Source: Kondoa subrosea
Taxonomy: Eukaryota
DNA: 64,000 nt
Direction: 5' to 3'
Assembly: GCA_039545335.1 (NCBI GenBank)
Contig: BCIN01000001.1
Span: forward strand, 62,001 to 126,000
Part shown: positions 1 to 12,310 of the stretch, piece after piece
How positions within the stretch are numbered: position 1 is the stretch's first letter
How the letters are laid out: each line of letters starts with the position of its first letter
Program-made: the position numbers and the translations under genes
Notes under the pieces: generated by a model
Database searches by the model: none
What the model was told of the DNA's origin: nothing
Seen by the model: only the letters and a program-made list of their open reading frames with translations

Positions 1-275
1 TGCTGTGATTGTATGGAGTTGAGGAAGTCCTGAAGAGAACTTCGAGAGTGGTGAAGTCGCGGACTAGTCAGAGGAGCTGAAAATGATGTGCCTCGCTTCT
101 GTTACAAAACGACATAATGTACAATATATATGCTCCATGAACCGTGAGTGAAAGCTAATATGGCGATGTCTAGCAGTAGACCATTCATTGAGATCTTGAC
201 GAACGCCAAATCAGCTGACTTGTCTCCCATATCCATGCGCAAATGGCTTATTTGCATATCTTTCGACTTCCCTCC

Positions 276-1322
276 TTATTTGCCGATCCTTTCTTCCCTA
301 GCAAGCGCAACGTTCTCCAAAGCTGGGGCAGTATAAGTCTGACTAGGCCTGAGAGGTAATCCAGCAGCAGGAGGAGCAGCTTCAAGCGTCGATCCTTGTT
401 CCCCCGGTCGAGGTACAATGGTTGAACTTTCTTTCATCGCCGAGAGTTTCGCTTCGAGTGCTTTGATCTTAGCGTCCGTTCTATCCGTATATCAATCAGC
501 GTTCTGGTAATGAGAGGTATTGAAATACTCACGAAGATGCGCGAGACTGTTTCGATAGGGATAAGAGGGTAGGTTTAGGTGGTTCTGCCTTCTTCTTTCT
601 TGGTCCGCTCGATCGATTAAGCGCATCTAGTGGTGCCTGTCGAACGCAAGATGGAATCATCAGCTTCAAATTGATCGGCCAACCGCAAAACCGACCGCTT
701 TTGACAATGAGACTGTCAACTTTCTCCCCCTAATCAACTTATCATTCGTTTCCACTAAAGCAGTCAAGGCTTCCTGAGGTATTGATCAGAATACTTCCCG
801 TCGACTGCCACACTAAAACCAACTAACCTCCTTTTTATCAAATTCAACAAATGCGAACCCTCTCGGTTTGCCCTTTTGTGGACCAGCAGTATGAAAGAGA
901 TAATCTAATTTGGTAATTTTGCCATAACGAGAGTATAATTGAACAAGAGTGTACCTAGAGTTCATCAGCATAACTTCTACTTTTGTGGTTTGATGGCTTT
1001 AACGCAACTCGTCACATGAAGGCGCTAGATTGCCTACGAACAGCTTCTTCTCGACAGTTTGAGTGGAAGCAGAGGGCATAAGGACAGCTTTGCCTTTGCC
1101 TTTCAGGTCTGACGTCGAGCGAGATGCGGCAGACAGTATTTCAGATGTAGAGGGTTCTGGAGACGCTGATATTCCCGCAATAGATGTTGCTGAGGATGTG
1201 AGACTTGGGTGAAGCGGGCTAGAGACAGAAGAGGCGTTGATAGACGAGCCCGAAAACACAACATCATGACCCTGCTCAATTTCCGCATGCTGGCCCTGCT
1301 GCTCTGCCAGATCTCCACTCAT
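276..1322 (-). CDS. RRM RNA-binding protein, RBM18-like (multi-exon)
   Basis: Spliced: KKLFVGNLAPSCDE|YTLVQLYSRYGKITKLDYLFHTAGPQKGKPRGFAFVEF (RNP2/RNP1); C-terminal TDAKIKALEAKL; stop at 276-278. Confidence 0.8.
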
Positions 1323-1744
1323 GGTATATCACTTCAGTATGTGAGTGTCAGCAGACGCAGGTATTGAGGTCAGCTAGTGGCAGCTTGATTCCAAGAACGC
1401 TTTCGAAATTTAGCATCTCGCCCTCAAACCAAATGTCCAGAGTCTCGAATACGCTCTGACACGACGCTCTGATGCACTGAGATGCTCTGCCATCAAGGCG
1501 CTGTCAAGGCCTATTGTAAAATAACACTTCCGCGGCTTGTCCCTTTGTTCTGCGCTGAGCCATTCTATTGCATTCTTGGCCTATGCTTTACTGGACAGAT
1601 GACTTCTTCTTACTCTCCTTATATTCCTTTTCCTCTCAAACAGTTGAAGTCCCTTTCGTATTGCTGGTCAATAACCTTCTCATCTCCACCTTATCTTCCG
1701 CGGACTCGATAAGCAAAGGGCTTCAAAGTCCAGTGATCCCTCAG

Positions 1745-3207
1745 ATGTATTCTTCTATACCATATCAGTTGCTCCTACTCTGTTCGCTGCAGGCCAGCGT
1801 ACTAGCTCACGTATGTCTCTTTCATTGTTCTTATCGTATTCAACCTAATACAATGCTTTTGTAGAATTGGCTGCTTGATCCTCAGCCACGTATCGTAGCA
1901 GGTCTCTATGGCTCATCGAAATCGGAACAGAACAACTGCGAGAACAGTGATACGGACGTTCCTAGTGGGAATGTTTACAAGCGAGGTCAAGCGATTGATG
2001 CTACTTGGGTGTACAAGTAGGTGTTCTTCCCATTTTCTCAAACAAGAGAAGCGCTGACTGTGCTGCTATAGTAACCATGTCGGAGGCTTTGCGAGATTCT
2101 CAGTTGTACCGCTTGGTCAAGAAACAGACATGGAACCGCTCAACGATCCTACAAACTTCCTCAAACTCAGCTGCATTAGCAATAATTGCGGTGGAAGGAC
2201 TCAAAGTTTGACAGACTCGAAATGTAAGCTTGACTTTGCTGAAGTGGTAATCTCAGTTTAACAAATCGAGGCAGATTCTTACTACTCACCCTACAACCTG
2301 GATGCTCAGAGTGGAATCCCTTCTGATAATTCTGATCCTGCCAACGCTTGTTCGTCAGCCGTCACTTTTCCCGCTTGGCTCGATGATGGTACATACGTGC
2401 TACAATGGCTCATGTATGGCGTAAGAGACTCAGAGTCGGTCCTAAAACGAAGTCACAGTGTATCCGAAGCTGATATCGCGTTGTCACAGCGGAATCACGG
2501 ATAAAGCTTTGCCTTTCTATCGGTAAGCTTGCTCAAAGCAGTATTCTTGTTCGGCATCTTATAGCCTTGACAGGAATTGCGCAAACATCAAGATTTCTGG
2601 AGGAGCGCAACTTATAGATAAGCCAACCGATAACGATGGGAAATGCAACTTGTGAGTAGTCTAATTCCTTAGTATTTATCCTCGACTCAATCGAATGACA
2701 GTGAATGGCAAGGCGGAGATAGGCTCTTGAGCGACAAGCAAGATGTGGACAGTATCAAAGCAAGTGATCTAGATGACAGTCAGTGTTCTTATTTCAATTG
2801 GAATTCAGTAAACTCGTGAGCTCTCTCAATCTCTGCCTCCATATGGCTACGAAGCTGACTTTTGGTTAAGCACAAGCGAATATTACAATCCTCCTGGTCT
2901 ATTCACATCAAATGGCGATCAGATGGTCGATGCTACGGCATTGAGAGTTGGTCCACCAGCAGAAGTTCTCGCTTGCAAAGGTCAAGTTGGTCTAGCATCA
3001 TCTGGATCTAACAGCAACAACCCTAGCTCTTCCTCTTCCTCTTCTTCTTCTTCTACGACTTCGAGTAACAATCAAGACTCTGATACTACTTCTAGTCAAA
3101 CACAAACCAAAGCTCCTGGAGCTTCGCCGAAACTCGTAGTGCAGTGTAGGAGAAGGAAGCAGGCGTCAAGAAGGAAGCGTTCTCTGCTGGCCAGAGGACT
3201 GAGGTGA
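1745..3207 (+). CDS. Secreted histidine-brace LPMO-like protein, paralog 1 (7 introns)
   Basis: Signal peptide MYSSIPYQLLLLCSLQASVLA then H|NWLLDPQPR...WVYNNHVGGFARFSVVP...FPAWLDDGTYVLQWLMYG...LPFYRNCANIKISGG; Ser-rich linker and basic tail. Confidence 0.8.
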
Positions 3208-3808
3208 GTGATTCCTGTCGACTTTCCGCAGTATCACAATCTGATCTTTCGGCCTCTCGTTGTATAGCACTCTGCTTTCCCGATGATGTGTCGCGCTGTT
3301 GATATATGATTAGTAATCAGTCTAGTAGCCTCTTTTGGCAGACCATATGTGTTTCAAATGTATAGCATACTAATGCGCACTATATGCCCGTTCGATCTGA
3401 CAGAGAAAGTGAGGCCTTGTCAAGGTGCACTGGCAGCTGAAACTTTGAAACTTGGTCTCTTGGTCTCAAACCGTTGCAATGATCACTCTGAATACCTTGG
3501 GCCGTTCGGCAGAGTACGGACAGATCTGTATACCTATTCTCAGAAGCTGCACCAACAGAAGCAAGCTAGATTTCTCGCTTTCCCCTTTGTTTCTGTTGTC
3601 AATCATTCTGTTCAATGTTGTGTGCGCGTGATGACCGTGCCGGCCCAACTCTCGTATACTCTATATATGCTCTCTTCTCTTCTTCATTAACCTCTGCGAG
3701 CAATCTCTGATATCAAGCTCTCTGGGTTTCATCTTCCTGCCTCCTGCCGTATTTCATCTACCAGTGAAAAGGACTTTCGTCTTCTGTTGCCGTGAAATAC
3801 CAGCTTGA

Positions 3809-5883
3809 ATGTCTCCCCATCGGTCACTCACCTTTCTGCTTTGTACTCTGCTTGGCTCGAGTCTTGCTCACGTAAGTCGATTACCCAGCACGCAGTGATC
3901 ACAAGCTGAAGCCTTCTGCAGAATTGGCTACTCAGTCCAGTTCCGCGTATCCCAGGTGGTTTGTATGGAGCAGCAGAGCAGGTGAACTTCCTTATTACGT
4001 CGGCAAATGACGAGCAGTTCAGATCTCTTCTCCCGGAACAGGAGGACAACAATTGCGAAAACAGCAACACAAATGTACCTGGTGGTAACACTTATCAGCG
4101 CGGTCAATCTATCGATGCCAAATGGATCTACAAGTCAGTGTTTCCTGTTCGATGACATCTTCTGAATCAGGCTCATTCTTGTTGCTAGTAATCATTATGG
4201 AGTATGTCTCCTTTTTTTCGGAATGAGGTGAAGTAGGATATCTGATTTTTCGAACAGGGCTTCATCAGGTTCTCGATTGTTCCGATTGGGCAAGAGAATA
4301 CGGACGGTTTTCATGATGCAGCAAATTTCATCAAGATCAGTTGCATGTGTACGAACCATCTTCTGTATGCACTGCTGCTCTCTTATGTGTATCTGTAGCT
4401 GCATCATGTGGTGGAAGACATCAAGCCTTTAACGATCCCAAATGTAAGCCATCGAGAGAATTGCCTGAGTTCACTGATACCGGGACGAACAGACAGCTAC
4501 TTTAAACCATACAATCTCGGTCAACAGTCTGGTATACCTGCTGACAATTCGCAGCTGGAACATGCTTGTTCTACGGAATTGACCTTCCCTACCCATCTTG
4601 AAGATGTGTGTTTCGCTTCGTTAATGACTCTCCATAAAAGCTGATTTTTTGGTACCAGGGCAATTACGCAATGCAATGTCAGGAATAGCTCTCCCTTTCT
4701 TTTCTTTCTTCTTGCTGATTATCTTCTTCCTCTGCTAGGGATAGGCTACGGTGTGCATGATTCCGATGGCAATCGTGACAAGTAAGACCCAATATCTGTG
4801 TGTTGTGGCCAAAGCTAATACAAACCAGGGGTTTACCATTTTATCGGTCAGTGATCATCCCAACCCATCAAGATGATTCGCTCATCTCATAACAGCAACT
4901 GCGCAAACATCAAGATCTCAGGAGGTCAAACACTCACTTCCAAACCTACAGCTAATGGCGGTAAATGCGGCTTCGAATGGCAAGGAGGTGACCGGACATT
5001 GAGCGACATTTCAAATGTGGATCAAATCCAGCTTTCAGACTTGGACTCATCTCAGTGCAGTTATTGGAAGTATAATTCGTGAGCTATAGTACAGGTTCCA
5101 TTGTTATATCTGACTGATCAAGTATTACAGTATCAACACGTTAGTCTGAGTACAGGCGTGTTTGACAATGATTGACAGATCGTGCAGGACTGCTGGTGTA
5201 TATTCACCTCAAGGTCTATTTGATGGAAGTGGATCAGAAGTTATCGATGCAACAGCTTTGCGACATGGTATGTTGAATACCTTCTAATTCACAGCGATCT
5301 TTGCTCATAGCTGCGCTCTTCTGCTGTTATAGGCCCTCCTGCAGAAGTCTTGGCTTGCGATGGAACCATAGCAGCAGCAGCAGCTCAAGCACCAAACGGA
5401 TCGAATGGTCAAAGTGGTAACAGTCCAGCTAATTCAATATCTCCATCTGGAAATGGAGGTGCCGCAATTCCATCTGGTGGTAACAATAACAGACAACCGG
5501 CTGTACCTTCTCCGTCGGTCAATAACAACGGAGGAAATAACAACGCTTCTCCTACTTTCGGTCGCCAGCCTGCCGCAACTAATACGCCAGCGGGCTCTCA
5601 GAACAATGGCTCACCACCTCAATATGGTCATGGAAGAGGTCCAGGTCGTGATGGGCCGCCGAGAAATGAAGAGGCAAATGACCAAGATCAAGATCAGAAT
5701 ACTGAGGTCTCTCCACAAACGAGCAACACTTATACTGGTAACAATGATGATCGGGCTCAGCAGAATGCTGTTGATCCCGTGGCTGCGGGAAGTCAAGCGA
5801 CTGTCAAGGGATGTAGAAAGTCAAACGCGACAGGTCAATGGAGGAAACGATCTTTGAAGAGAAGAAGTTCTTGGGTTTGGTGA
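3809..5883 (+). CDS. Secreted histidine-brace LPMO-like protein, paralog 2 (~13 introns)
   Basis: MSPHRSLTFLLCTLLGSSLA-H|NWLLSPVPR...WIYNNHYGGFIRFSIVP...FPTHLEDGNYAMQW...LPFYRNCANIKISGG; Asn/Gly/Pro-rich linker, basic tail; colinear with paralog 1. Confidence 0.8.
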
Positions 5884-6084
5884 AACGGGAAATAGATCTG
5901 CGATCTTTTCTCTGATGGGTGTGGCTTTGTATTCGTGTGTGATGTATCAGGGCAAAGTAGTGACACTTTCCGAAATTCGCACACTTCCCTCGCCTTTCAA
6001 ACCCAAATTGAAAGTCGTTTGCACTTGAACCTCCAAAGGAGCTTGGATATTAGTCTGCTTGAGACAGATAGCGTCAAGTGAGGC

Positions 6085-8435
6085 ATGCGCTCTTACTCTA
6101 CAGACGACGAAGGCTCTGTTCACAGCATGTCAGCTCGATCTGAAAGTGAATTGCCTTTGGAAAGGATCGTGCGAAGGTTGCCCAAACGAGCTAGGCTGGC
6201 CAAAGACGAAGACAGCGACAACAGTGGTGCTGCTGACCGGACTGCAAATGGAACAAGCGCTGGCTTTCATTCCTCTGATTCAGGAGATTTAGTCGCTTCG
6301 ACCGCTTCAAGCGTAGCATCAACAGAAAGTCCTAGCACACCACCTAGTTCTTCTCTTTATCAACCTCTGTTTGCTCCCGTCGAACATTTGGTCAAACAAT
6401 TAGCAGCAAAGACTGTTCTTTTTGGCGGTGCTCATTCATTAGAGGAAGTCGAAGCAGCAGAAGATCAAGCTGCCAATCTCGCTAAAGACACAAACGATCA
6501 AGATGTAGACGATTTGCATTTGACAGACGATATATCTACAACGCCTCAAGCGCCCGTTTATACTCCGGAGGGGAAACTAAAAACTTCCGCCTCTTTGCTC
6601 GCAGAAGATGATCATCGCTTCGGTGACGATGCTCTTCAGCCTTACGAGCCTGATGAGGACTTTCACCCTTATCGGCAATTCGAAGATCATACCAGAGGTA
6701 AACTAATTGAGCGCGTTCTTGGTAATTCGCAGCTCAACCATTTTCTTTGATGCACAGACGAGGATCTTCAAAATGGTCCAGATAGTGTAGGAGGTGGTGC
6801 AAACAAGAAGAAACGCAAGGTCCCCTCGCTTGCTGGTGGCCAGAACTTTTCAGATGAAGACATGCATCATCCAAACCCTTTTGCTGCTTCTGCCAATACT
6901 CTTGCACCTGATTCTGATTATGGTGAAGATGGTTCAACAGCAGGAGGTCGAGATGGAAGTGGAACGGTTGGAGCGAGACCGGACTTTGCTTCTCCGATGC
7001 TACCAGAACCTAAGGGTGAATCGAATCAAGACATTGTCTTTGTACGCAAGCTGATACGATCAGCATCTATAGCTGCTGTTACTTCAAACAAGAGGCAACG
7101 AACACCTTATGCTGCTTTCAAGCGGAGTCCGATGAGGGTTTTGCAATCGAAATTACAAATCACTGCAAACATTCAGAAGAAGCAGACGGAAGATCAACAT
7201 TCTGATGGCATTTCTTCACCTCCTGCTCGAAAATCACTCAAGGCTAAAGCTCTACCCAGTCCTGAAGATGATCCTGACAAAACACAACCAATAACACCAG
7301 AAAAGCAAGTCAAGTTACCTAATCTCTACGATCCAGCTTACTCTCCTAATGAAATTCCCTTTCGCTTGTTCAAAGCTATACCTCAACCAGCTTTTCAAGT
7401 GCTCAACGACAAATTTGTTTTCGCTTCACCTCCAAATGACACTATCTTGACTCGAATCAGAGATATGGAAGAAGAAAAGGAGAAACTACGTCGAGCTAGA
7501 GAGTTTGTTCGATTACGTGCGAAAGAATTGGAAGTAGCTCGGAAGAAGGCCATTGAGGATTACAAGTCTGGTGATGCTTCGGCTACGAAAGATGGTGCTG
7601 GAAGAGCAAAAGTTGTTCGACATTTAGTCACAACTGGGATGCAAACGGATGGGGCTGCACCTGAAGGAAGAATCATGGCTGCTTCTCGATGGAGTTCAAC
7701 CGGTCCAGTTCTACCTCTGCCTCCTGACACCATTGGAATCAAGCAAACCCCACGCAAACCACCTCCTCGCAAAGGAAAGAAGAAGAGAGCAGCTCATGCC
7801 AACGCCAACAATGTTCATCATCGAGATAATTACATTCCTTCACGTCGGCCGGGCAAACCAGCAGCAACTGCGCAAATTGATACTTCTCACGCGGCTTACC
7901 CTTCTCTTGGTCTCGTAGCAGCAGACAATGCTTTTTCAGCAGCTGGAACTCATCCTCAATTAGGCGTAACGAATTTGGTTCCTTTCTTTGCAAGTCAAGA
8001 CGAATGGTTGTGCGGTTATTGTGAATTTGCTTTGCTCTTTGGTGAATCGAGTGAATTGCAAAAGCTGATCAAGAAGCGAAAGAATGTGCTCAAGATTCGC
8101 AAGAAGGCTCAAAGTGCGTGCAACAGAGTGTTGTAATCAGTATAAATGACTGATACCGCTCCTTTGTGCGTATAGAACGCGCAGCTAAAGCAGCTTCTGG
8201 TCAAGCACCTAAACCGAAAGAAACTAAACCCAAACCTGCAAAGAAGAACCTTTCTGCGGTGGAGAAAGTTCCAGCTCCTACCACACCTAATCGCAAGAAC
8301 AGCGCTGTGCAAACGGAAACTGAAGAAGAACGGGCTGCAGCTGCTAAAGCCAAAGCTGCTCAACCTAAGAAAGAAGCAGAAGCTCCCGCTGCTGTCGCAA
8401 GTACTTCTCAAGCAGAGTCTGTTGCTAAAGTATAA
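6085..8435 (+). CDS. Hypothetical protein, largely disordered, with CxxC motif (DEWLCGYCEFALLFG)
   Basis: ORFs 6085-6750, 6862-8136 and 8166-8435 join through introns at ~6699-6757 and ~8114-8175; basic NLS-like stretches. Confidence 0.7.
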
Positions 8436-8585
8436 CCAGCTAAAGTAGTCCGTATCGCATACATTATCATCTCTCTCTTGTTAGCAGTCTATTTTATACT
8501 CATCTAACCCATATTTCACAATGCATTACACGTTTCTCTGATTGTCTCTTTGGAGTCAAGTCAGTCAAATACGACGCATGAAATG

Positions 8586-10451
8586 TTACGGCTTCTCGAG
8601 CAGTAAGTCTATTGGTAATCTGAATACTAGGCGATACATGTCTTTAGCAGGTGCGACGCTTCGAACTAAATGAACAGCGAAATCTTCGACTGAGTCTCTG
8701 TTGACTGGATGACCCAAATACTTTGTTGCTCGCTTCCCATCAAATCAAATCAGCTCAAACTCTTCTCCGTTATCCAGCATAGACTGACCTCCGTTATATC
8801 TTGCTCGTAATTATCCAATTCTTTACTGAAGCAATAGCAATGTACCAAAGGTGTCCTTGCCTTTCCGGTTGAAGAATCATAGACTTCTTCTTTGAATCCA
8901 GGTAAATCTTTCAATGGTTCATATATCCCTCTGAAGAATCCTAAGAATTCGATGGCCGTAGCAGGTAGATTCATGACGAAATGATCTATTAATCGATTTG
9001 ATTTCGCTGGTGTTGATGTTGGTGCTGTAGTCCGAGGAGGAGAAGAAGAAGGAGGGGAGGAGGTAGAGGGCGTCGAACGAGACTTCTTTGGCTGTTTGCG
9101 AGCCACCGGCGGGAATGGGTTGTGCCATGCATCATAAGCAGCTTGATGAAAGAATTGTTTCGCATCCATTTCATACGGACGAACTCTGTTCTGGACCTGT
9201 TAGTGGTATAAAGCCTCAGAATTTCGCAAAAGGAAATTAGGGACACCAGAATTGACCTTGTTGATTTTAATATTATGCCTCAAAGCTTCCGTTGATTTTG
9301 GATTCAGATCATTAGCCAATACGCCGCATCCTTTTTTGCCAGCAGGAACAGCAAAAGGTCCAACTCCAGCGAAACCATCTGCTATGATTTGATCCGGTTG
9401 GAAGATATCAACCATACGTTGATGTTCTGTTGCTAGACGAGTGTTCCAGTAGACTTTGGAGAAGTCGAATTGGAAACGACAATTACTCTGGGACTGTCGG
9501 ACAATAGCATCACCTAAGCATTTGGAAAATGCTAGGGACGATGCACAGACTGACGAGAGTGACGTTGAAATCAGGTTCACCAGCTAACACTTCCATTTCG
9601 AAGAATCGGAACTCGTTATCAATCACATCGAGCTTGTTGATGACTGTCCGCAAGTTTGAATTTTTCTGCTCGCAAACATAGGCTAAGATATGGAGAAGAA
9701 GAAAGAGAAGGTAAGGAGCTTACGTCTAGAATGATTTGACCTATCATCTTCTTGTATGGTAGATACTCGTCCCTCAAGTTCAATTGAGCTGTAAGACATG
9801 GACGGCAGAATATCAGTACAAACTAATATACCACTACTCGTGCTTACCAACGTGTCCCACAGTATTGAAAGAAGTTGGTGCCCCATCGAGATCCTTCTCA
9901 GGTAGGACAGCATGTATGATCTGTTCTATCATCTCCGTCAGTGACGAGTTTAGCGATATGAAGGGAACATACCACTACTCCAATGATCATAGTCCACTTC
10001 TACTACATGATCTACGACTTCCAGATCTTCCGCCTTGAGGACATCTTGCGTAGCTGACGAGAGTTCTGCTATATTCGTATTTCAGCGCAATTCTTCGAAT
10101 GATAAGTAAGGAACTAGCGCACAAGATTTGGTAGCATTGAACAAGAGCAGACGATGAGTAGAAGACTTTGGATCCGCTATTACGGTAGGCAATTTCGGCT
10201 CATTGAACAGATCCCTTTACCGCAAACGAGTTAATCAACACATTTCAGGAAGAGCATGGAGAAAAGGCAGCGGACCCTCTGAATAGATTTCTGTAATGTG
10301 TCGTCTGATTATCAGGTACTCGAGCTGCAATGATCTCGCATGAAGCTCTGAACAGCTCAGGATCCAATGAAACCAAGTTTCGATGTACAGGTGCAGTTTT
10401 GAAGAATTTTGAATGAGCCATGACAGAAAACAAGCGTGGATATATTCGCAT
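8586..10451 (-). CDS. TRM5: tRNA (guanine37-N1)-methyltransferase
   Basis: FQFDFSKVYWNTRLATEH, FAGVGPFAVPAGKKGCGVLANDLNP, HFVMNLPATA, VHCYCFS, VRSVAPAKDMY; Met-10+/Trm5 signature; several introns. Confidence 0.93.
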
Positions 10452-10566
10452 GCAACTGTCTCTTTGTGCACTTGGGGCAATCGCCGTTCTGGCTTGACTT
10501 GAACGAATTTCATGAAGTTGCAGAGGTTGCTCCTGAACCATATACCTCGCGCTTCAGAAGGCACAA
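10452..10566. promoter_or_regulatory. Probable bidirectional promoter TRM5/LAS1
   Basis: Only 115 bp between the divergent start codons. Confidence 0.55.
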
Positions 10567-12310
10567 ATGTCACTGCCTAGGAGGATACCATGGTTACCTG
10601 ATGAGTTCGCTTATGTTTATGCATCAATATTTGCTTCCGAAGGGAAAATCGAAACTCAATTGCATGGCATTCAAAGGGTGTGCCTGTACCACTGTCTCGT
10701 ACTTCTAAGGAATGCCTGCCGACTATGCGCTATGTGCTATTAGATAAGAGCTTGGATGGCCAGAGGTTGTTGCCCTCATGCTGTAGAAAGTACAGCTATA
10801 CTACTTGAAGCACTTCTACTGCGAGGCGTTTCTTCTTCTATCATGCGCAACGCTTTCTCAATGGCAATCACACGGTCCGTGGTGCTCTCGCTTGTTTGAG
10901 TCTTGACTCATTTTTAGCTTTGCTCCCCCCTCGGACAGATTGGTCAATGGTCTTGTGGATCCATTACAACAAAGCATGCACGCTCAATCAATAGCTAAAA
11001 TAGCTTCACAACTTCAATTACCAATCTGGTTTGTTGAACTTCGTCATGCAGCAACTCATCAAGATTTACCTTCTTTATCTTCTTTACGACAAGCTTGTGA
11101 AAAAGCTTTGGATTGGTTGTATACTCGATATTGGGTACCTCAGATGAATTCCCTTAATGGCAAAGAATTAGAAAGTGGAAGGAATTTGTTGCATGAGCAA
11201 CTCTTGCATGAATTCGCTGAACAGTTGAGAGCATTTAAGATTCAAAGGAAAGAAGCGGTTAGGGATGTGAGCAAGTTTAGACCAAGGGAATTACAAAGGA
11301 GTTTGAGTGGGATGGAAAAGTTATTGAGCTCAATTGCTAGTGAGGGTTTGAAGGATGAAGGTTCTGGTTCAGCTGGTATTGAAGTGCTTTTGGATGCCTT
11401 GTTGGAGCCTGGTGGACTAGTCCCAACATCAAAGAAGTAGGCAATCATCTGGTCTGAAGAAATTTACTTGCTCATTCCTTGATCGAGGAAACGATGCACA
11501 CCGAGAAAACAAGATCTGACGGATGAACTGGTCCAGATCTGGACACCTTTGTTGGAACACTTCGATGAACAGTATTCTATCTTCTCTCGCTTAATAGCAG
11601 AAAGAATGGTCGATATTCTGCATTCGAATGGTCAAGGTCGGAATGTGGTTGAAGTCTGCTTCATTAAAGCTGATATGATTTCGCTTCCGACAGATGATCA
11701 ATCCTATACCGATACATTAGCAGCTTGGCTATCAACTATCCTTGGCCGCTTTCTGGCAGATCCGCAACAGAAAGACCATTTCATCCGTTATTGTTTGGTG
11801 AACCCGAATACTCAGTAAGGTCACCTTCATGCTTGTTGGAGAGTGCTGATATCCTGCGTAGTACACTTCGATTGTTGCAGAACATAGAAAAATGGAACTC
11901 TTCTCGACCGTTGGCCGAACTTTTGCCATTGATGCAACAACAGATTCAGTCTGTTCCTGGTTTGACTGTAAGTATCAAAGCCGTGAGCTCATTTTTGGGC
12001 TCAAGCGAGTATCTGACACTTACAGGTCCCTTCGACTGAACAACTTGATGCCAAGTTCAAAGCAATGGAAGAACGTTTTCAGTCCTTCACACCTCAAGCT
12101 GCGGTCAGTCTTAGCACTGAAATCGAGTGCCGTAGCTGACTTCCAGGATAGACGCAGAAGAAGGAAGCTTCTGCAATACAAGATGAAAACGCTCAGCGAT
12201 TGTCAGCTGGATGGAAGATGGTTTCAGCTACAGAATTCAGACCTGCTCCTATTGGTGCTCTACTACCTGGTGTAGCGTTCCATCAGCTGTTGTTGCCTCC
12301 GCGAATGTAG
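10567..12310 (+). CDS. LAS1: Las1 pre-rRNA endonuclease (HEPN)
   Basis: Spliced MSLPRRIPW...AWMARGCCPHAVESTA...RLVNGLVDPLQQ...LPIWFVELRHAATHQDLPSL (RHxxxH motif); C-terminal FRPAPIG. Confidence 0.93.
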
